Shown here: one piece after another, positions 27,323-32,000 of the stretch
Numbering within the stretch: position 1 is the stretch's first letter
Layout of the letters: each line of letters begins with the position of its first letter
Assembly (NCBI RefSeq): GCF_018336915.1
Contig: NZ_CP064923.1
Coordinates: 4,830,001 to 4,862,000 of the forward strand
Direction: 5' to 3'
From: Acaryochloris marina S15
GTDB taxonomy: Bacteria > Cyanobacteriota > Cyanobacteriia > Thermosynechococcales > Thermosynechococcaceae
DNA: 32,000 nt
Made by a program: the position numbers and the translations under genes
Notes under the pieces: generated by a model
The model's database searches: none
What the model was told of the DNA's origin: nothing
Seen by the model: only the letters and a program-made list of their open reading frames with translations

Positions 27323-27886
27323 ATGAGAGATCAGCTCAAAACCCAACTGCAAATTTTAGGAGTCTGTGCGATCACACTTTGGAGCATTCAGCTTCTCAAT
27401 TGGATCACGGATGGTTTTTTAATTCAGTTTGGCATTCAACCCCGTACCCTAGTCGGCCTACGGGGTATTCTATTTGCCCCCTTTCTCCACGGCAACTTCA
27501 GACATCTACTGGCAAATACTGCCCCCTTTTTAGTCTTGGGCGGTTTGGTCATGGTCCGCCGGATTATGGATTTTTTCTCCGTCAGTTTAATTGTGATGGT
27601 GGTGGGAGGCTTGGGGACCTGGCTCATTGGCGGCCAGAATACCGTTCATATTGGTGCTAGCGGGTTAGTGTTTGGTTACCTGGGCTATCTTCTGTTTCGG
27701 GGATACTTTGAGCGCAGCTGGCCCGCCATTACCCTGTCGGTGTTTGTAGCAATTGTCTATGGCAGTATGCTATTTGGTTTGTTACCCACAATGCCTCATA
27801 TTTCCTGGGAAGGTCATCTATTTGGATTTATCGGGGGTGGAATGGCCGCTAAATGGCTCACCGTAAAACCCAAATCGGCAGGCTAA
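27323..27886 (+). CDS. Rhomboid family intramembrane serine protease
   Basis: 187 aa with six hydrophobic helices. Motifs present: HxxxN (FRHLLAN), the catalytic GxSG (GASGLVFG), and the catalytic His context (GHLFGFIGG). Confidence 0.85.
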   Translation: MRDQLKTQLQILGVCAITLWSIQLLNWITDGFLIQFGIQPRTLVGLRGILFAPFLHGNFRHLLANTAPFLVLGGLVMVRRIMDFFSVSLIVMVVGGLGTWLIGGQNTVHIGASGLVFGYLGYLLFRGYFERSWPAITLSVFVAIVYGSMLFGLLPTMPHISWEGHLFGFIGGGMAAKWLTVKPKSAG

Positions 27887-27947
27887 TAGCCCTTAGAAGC
27901 TCACAAATTAGCGGTAGAATTATTAAGTAATTTTTCAAAATATTTCT

Positions 27948-30900
27948 ATGCCCCGCCGTGCTGATGCTTCCAAACGAGAGAAAAAAGCAGCGGCCAGTCG
28001 TTCCTCCACTAATGGCCGGGTCAAGAAAGTCAAGATACCCCCAGAGCATCAAATTCGGATTCGAGGGGCTCGTCAGCATAACCTCAAAAATATTGATCTA
28101 GACCTGCCCCGAGATCAGCTAATCGTCTTCACAGGCGTATCGGGGTCGGGAAAGTCTTCCTTGGCCTTTGATACTATTTTTGCGGAAGGGCAGCGGCGCT
28201 ATGTGGAATCCCTCAGTGCCTATGCTCGACAGTTCTTGGGCCAAGTCGACAAGCCAGACGTAGACGCCATTGAGGGGCTGAGTCCGGCCATTTCCATCGA
28301 CCAAAAATCCACCTCCCACAACCCTCGATCCACAGTGGGTACGGTGACAGAGATTTACGACTATCTGCGTTTGCTCTATGGACGGGCGGGGGAGCCCCAT
28401 TGTCCCCATTGTGAGCGCGCCATCACCCCCCAAACCATCGACCAGATGGTGGATCAGGTTATGGAACTGCCAGAGAAAGCACGGTTCCAAATTCTGGCTC
28501 CGGTTGTGCGCGGCAAAAAAGGTACCCATAAAAAATTGCTCTCTAGTCTGGCTGCCGAAGGATTTGTTCGAGTTCGGGTGAATGGCGAGGTACGAGAACT
28601 GAGTGATGCCATTGCCCTAGATAAAAACTTCAAGCATGACATCGAAGTCGTGGTGGATCGCTTGGTCATGAAGCCAGGGATTGAAGAGCGATTAGCGGAT
28701 TCCTTGTCTACAGGACTGCAGCGGGCCGAGGGCATCGTTATGGTGGAGGTATTGCCCCCACCCTCCGATAATGTGGTGCCCATTACTCAGGCAAAATCTC
28801 TTAAGGTTGCCGAAGCGGAAGGCAGTTACAGCGACGACACCCAGCCCAAACTCTCTGTGTTTTCTGAAAATTTTGCCTGTCCCGAGCATGGGGCGGTGAT
28901 GGAAGAACTATCCCCACGCTTATTCTCCTTTAACTCCCCCTACGGGGCCTGCCCGGAATGCCATGGTCTAGGCAGTCTCAAGGTCTTTTCGGCAGATTTG
29001 ATTGTGCCGGACCCCAATCTGCCCGTCTATGCCGCCATTGCCCCTTGGTCGGAGAAGGATAATACCTACTACTTCTCGCTGCTCTACAGCGTGGGGCAGG
29101 CGTTTGGCTTTGAGCTGCAATCAAGCTGGGCTGATCTGACGGATGAGCAACGCCATATTGTCTTACATGGCACCAAAGAGCCCATTTATATGGAAGTGGA
29201 TTCTCGATATCGGGAATCGAAGGGCTATAACAAACGCTATGAGGGTGTGATTCCGTTGCTGGATCGGCATTATCGGGAAACGACCTCCGATCAGTATCGG
29301 CAAAAGTTAGACAAATACTTGATTCAGCAGTCCTGTGAAGTCTGCGGGGGCAAGCGCCTCAAGCCAGAAGCCCTATCGGTGCGCATGGGACAGTTCTGTC
29401 TCCCAGACTTAACAGGAGCTTCGATCCGGGACTGCTTGGAACGGATCAACGCCATGACTTTGAGTACTCGCCAAGCCAAAATTGGGGAGCTAGTACTGAA
29501 GGAAATTAAAGCCCGATTGCAGTTCTTGCTAGATGTGGGGCTGGATTACCTAACCCTAGATCGAACCGCCATGACCCTGTCGGGGGGAGAGGCTCAGCGC
29601 ATCCGTCTAGCCACGCAAATTGGAGCGGGTCTGACGGGGGTTCTCTACGTATTGGACGAACCGAGTATTGGTCTGCATCAGCGAGATAATCATCGGTTGC
29701 TGCAAACTCTGACTAAGCTGCGGGACCTCGGTAATACCTTGATTGTGGTGGAACATGACGAGGATACAATTCGAGCAGCAGACTATCTAGTAGATATTGG
29801 CCCAGCAGCAGGGGTGCATGGCGGCGACATTGTGGTGCAGGGGGGCCTAGAAGATCTACTGGATAGTCGCGAATCCCTGACAGGGGCTTATCTGTCTGGG
29901 AAGCAGGTGATACCCACACCACCTGAACGACGATCAGGAAATGGCCGAGCGCTGCGCCTCCATAACGCCTATCGCAACAATCTCCAAAGCTTAGATGTGG
30001 AAATCCCCTTGGGTAAGCTGGTCTGCATTACAGGGGTTTCGGGGTCGGGTAAATCGACGCTGATGAATGAGCTGCTTTATCCGGCATTGCAGCATCATTT
30101 GGGCTTTAAGGTGCCGTTCCCCAATGAGCTAGATCGGGTTGCGGGTCTGAAAAGTCTGGATAAAGCCATCGTCATTGACCAATCCCCTATTGGCCGAACC
30201 CCTCGCTCTAATCCCGCCACCTATACGGGGGTGTTTGATGTGATTCGGAGCGTGTTTTCGGAAACGGTGGAAGCTAAAGCCCGAGGGTATAAACCTGGTC
30301 GGTTTTCCTTCAATGTTAAGGGGGGGCGTTGTGAAGCCTGCGGTGGGCAAGGCGTTAATGTCATTGAGATGAATTTCCTGCCGGATGTCTATGTTCAGTG
30401 TGAGGTATGTAAGGGGGCAAGGTATAACCGGGAAACGCTCCAGGTGAAGTACAAGGGCAAGTCGATTGCGGATGTGCTGGCGATGACGGCGGAGGAAGCC
30501 CTGAAGTTTTGTGAGAATATCCCCAAGGCAGCGAATAAGCTGCAAACGATGGTGGATGTGGGGCTAGGGTATGTACGGCTTGGACAAACGGCTCCCACAC
30601 TGTCGGGTGGGGAAGCCCAGCGGTTGAAGTTGGCGACGGAGTTGTCTCGGCGAGCGACTGGGAAAACGCTTTATTTAATTGATGAACCGACGACGGGGCT
30701 GTCTTTTTATGATGTTCACAAGTTGCTGGATGTGTTGCAGCGGCTGGTAGATAAGGGCAATTCAGTATTGGTGATTGAGCATAATTTGGATGTGATTCGC
30801 TGCTCAGATTGGGTGATTGATCTAGGGCCGGATGGCGGCGATCGTGGGGGTGAGTTGGTGGCAACGGGTACGCCGGAGACAGTTGCGAATGTGGCTGAGT

Positions 30901-30956
30901 CTTATACGGGGCAGTATCTTAAGCAGGTGCTAGCTCTTCATCCTCTTGCCCAATGA
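27948..30956 (+). CDS. uvrA: Excinuclease ABC subunit A (UvrA)
   Basis: 1002 aa. It has two Walker A sites (GVSGSGKSSL, GVSGSGKSTL), two ABC signatures (LSGGEAQR twice) and Zn modules (CPHCERAI, CPECHG, CEVCGG, CEACGG...CEVCKG). No alternative start codon lies between 27948 and the conserved IRIRGARQHNLKNI core. Confidence 0.97.
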   Translation: MPRRADASKREKKAAASRSSTNGRVKKVKIPPEHQIRIRGARQHNLKNIDLDLPRDQLIVFTGVSGSGKSSLAFDTIFAEGQRRYVESLSAYARQFLGQVDKPDVDAIEGLSPAISIDQKSTSHNPRSTVGTVTEIYDYLRLLYGRAGEPHCPHCERAITPQTIDQMVDQVMELPEKARFQILAPVVRGKKGTHKKLLSSLAAEGFVRVRVNGEVRELSDAIALDKNFKHDIEVVVDRLVMKPGIEERLADSLSTGLQRAEGIVMVEVLPPPSDNVVPITQAKSLKVAEAEGSYSDDTQPKLSVFSENFACPEHGAVMEELSPRLFSFNSPYGACPECHGLGSLKVFSADLIVPDPNLPVYAAIAPWSEKDNTYYFSLLYSVGQAFGFELQSSWADLTDEQRHIVLHGTKEPIYMEVDSRYRESKGYNKRYEGVIPLLDRHYRETTSDQYRQKLDKYLIQQSCEVCGGKRLKPEALSVRMGQFCLPDLTGASIRDCLERINAMTLSTRQAKIGELVLKEIKARLQFLLDVGLDYLTLDRTAMTLSGGEAQRIRLATQIGAGLTGVLYVLDEPSIGLHQRDNHRLLQTLTKLRDLGNTLIVVEHDEDTIRAADYLVDIGPAAGVHGGDIVVQGGLEDLLDSRESLTGAYLSGKQVIPTPPERRSGNGRALRLHNAYRNNLQSLDVEIPLGKLVCITGVSGSGKSTLMNELLYPALQHHLGFKVPFPNELDRVAGLKSLDKAIVIDQSPIGRTPRSNPATYTGVFDVIRSVFSETVEAKARGYKPGRFSFNVKGGRCEACGGQGVNVIEMNFLPDVYVQCEVCKGARYNRETLQVKYKGKSIADVLAMTAEEALKFCENIPKAANKLQTMVDVGLGYVRLGQTAPTLSGGEAQRLKLATELSRRATGKTLYLIDEPTTGLSFYDVHKLLDVLQRLVDKGNSVLVIEHNLDVIRCSDWVIDLGPDGGDRGGELVATGTPETVANVAESYTGQYLKQVLALHPLAQ

Positions 30957-31131
30957 TCCTGATAAAACCAAAAGCATAATAGCTTCTAACCAGGTGTTTT
31001 TGCTAGCTGTGGAAGGTCTGAGTTGACCTTGTTGGGACATGGGGGAATAAGGAATCAACGCTTTGATTCCCCCAATCGAACTTAAGATGATGGAGGCGGC
31101 TGACTCCATCCTTAGCTGGACAGGGCCAAAA

Positions 31132-31938
31132 TTAAATGCATGAGGTCTGTCCACCATCGACCAAAATTTCAACACCTGTCATCGAGGGTATGCAGCGTGC
31201 TCCAATAAACGCAACCAATCTTCCAATTTCTTCTGGATCAACAAATCGGCCAGTAGGAATTCGTAATTCTCGTTCTCTCAATACCTCCTCTCGAGCACAG
31301 CCTCGCATTCGGGCCTCCTCTTCTATGAGTCTTTCGATTCGTTTAGTTTTCGTGCTCCCAGGTGAAATAGTGATTACAGAAATGTTTTTATGAGCAAGTT
31401 TTTTTGCAAGCCCTTTTGAGAAATTAATAATGGCAGCATTAGCCATACTTCCAGGAAGAAAGTCTGGCCGGGGAGATCTCCCAGCACCACCAGCGATATT
31501 AATAATTGTTCCAGAACCAGACTCAACCAAATACGGAATTACCTCTTTTGCCATTCGAACATATCCAAATACCTTCAGTCTCCATGCTTCGTCGAAAACG
31601 CTAACATCAGACTCTGGAAACGCAGTCATAGGAGCAGATCCAGCACAGTTCACTAGTATATTGATCCGTTGAAACTTCTCCATTGCGAACGCTACTGCAG
31701 ACTCAGAAGCATCCTTATGTGAAAGGTCGCATGAATAAATTTGAATAGAACGATTTGAGTAATAAGGAGTTGCATCAATGATTGCGTTTCTAGCACTATC
31801 AAGCCGTTTTTCATCTCTGGCCACAAGCAATACTTCTGCTCCATATCCGGCTAAAACCTTCGCACAGTGAAAACCTATTCCCGAACTGCCACCAGTGACA
31901 ATTGCAGCTGATTGTGAAAGTCGATCAAACATTTGCAT
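31132..31938 (-). CDS. Short-chain dehydrogenase/reductase (SDR) fold protein with non-canonical active-site positions
   Basis: 268 aa. Present are the cofactor motif VTGGSSGIG, an NNAG-like LVNCAG, IINIAG, AAIINFSKGLA and ISPGSTKT. An ungapped by-eye alignment to classical SDRs places K, G, G, N at the N-S-Y-K tetrad positions. Confidence 0.85.
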   Translation of the reverse strand: MQMFDRLSQSAAIVTGGSSGIGFHCAKVLAGYGAEVLLVARDEKRLDSARNAIIDATPYYSNRSIQIYSCDLSHKDASESAVAFAMEKFQRINILVNCAGSAPMTAFPESDVSVFDEAWRLKVFGYVRMAKEVIPYLVESGSGTIINIAGGAGRSPRPDFLPGSMANAAIINFSKGLAKKLAHKNISVITISPGSTKTKRIERLIEEEARMRGCAREEVLRERELRIPTGRFVDPEEIGRLVAFIGARCIPSMTGVEILVDGGQTSCI

Positions 31939-32000
31939 TCACACCTAATATTGAGTTTAATTCGGGTAACCAACTTCCCAGCTCAAACTCGATTATTTCG

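Noticed and set aside
27307-27660. 117-aa alternative-frame ORF overlapping the rhomboid gene
   Set aside because: The +1 frame encodes all three rhomboid catalytic motifs. This frame has none.
28119-28783. 136-aa and 109-aa antisense ORFs inside uvrA
   Set aside because: They lie opposite unambiguous UvrA domains and are low-complexity translations.
30361-30864. 167-aa Pro/His/Ser/Thr-rich antisense ORF inside the uvrA 3' end
   Set aside because: It is a by-product of the G-rich third codon positions of uvrA in this segment, which make the antisense frames C-rich and stop-poor. It serves as supporting evidence for the skew and is not a gene.
30930-31175. 81-aa minus-strand ORF spanning the uvrA-SDR spacer
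   Set aside because: It overlaps the ends of both better-supported genes and the hairpin region, and has no recognisable features.
1-32000. Search for CRISPR arrays, transposases or integrases, rRNA, prophage genes, or known defence or toxin-antitoxin modules
   Set aside because: I saw no spaced direct-repeat array; HIP1 octamers are isolated and lie inside genes. No ORF has transposase, integrase, nuclease-helicase or other defence-type motifs I recognise. Almost all long ORFs are confidently housekeeping.

Overview
This window reads as a core chromosomal segment of a cyanobacterium. Hand counts give about 49-50% GC, there are 12 exact copies of the HIP1 octamer GCGATCGC, and NDH-1 genes include the cyanobacterium/plastid-specific ndhO. 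I can support 25 protein-coding genes and one tRNA-Ser(CGA). NDH-1 genes sit at three loci: ndhF (60-2075, minus), ndhO just upstream of mdh (minus), and an ndhA-ndhI-ndhG-ndhE cluster (24499-27240, plus). The rest is mostly housekeeping: ftsH (FtsH2-like), a C-N hydrolase, a cation:proton antiporter, an AMIN-domain AmiC-like amidase, a DUF4079-like membrane protein, a cupin, comEC, polA, serC (alternative type), a DUF3288-like protein, a SixA-like phosphatase, gltA, a rhomboid protease, uvrA and an SDR-fold protein. I found no rRNA, CRISPR array, transposase, integrase, or recognisable defence or toxin module, and I see no convincing evidence for a novel multi-gene system here. Five local anomalies deserve a second look. 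(1) Synonymous codon usage changes sharply in the last ~0.7 kb of uvrA, next to a lower-GC (~44%) SDR gene whose four catalytic-tetrad positions are all substituted. (2) A ~41% GC two-gene islet (a small BLIP/DUF3862-like lipoprotein plus an acidic 101-aa protein) lies between polA and serC and ends in a 19-bp hairpin. (3) The ComEC metallo-beta-lactamase domain keeps its scaffold but appears to have lost its His/Asp metal ligands. (4) A 700-aa FAD-motif protein carries an SLH-like segment but no signal peptide. (5) HIP1 copies are strongly over-represented, yet none occurs in the last 9.6 kb. All family assignments rest on motifs read by eye and on memory of the families; no database search was possible.
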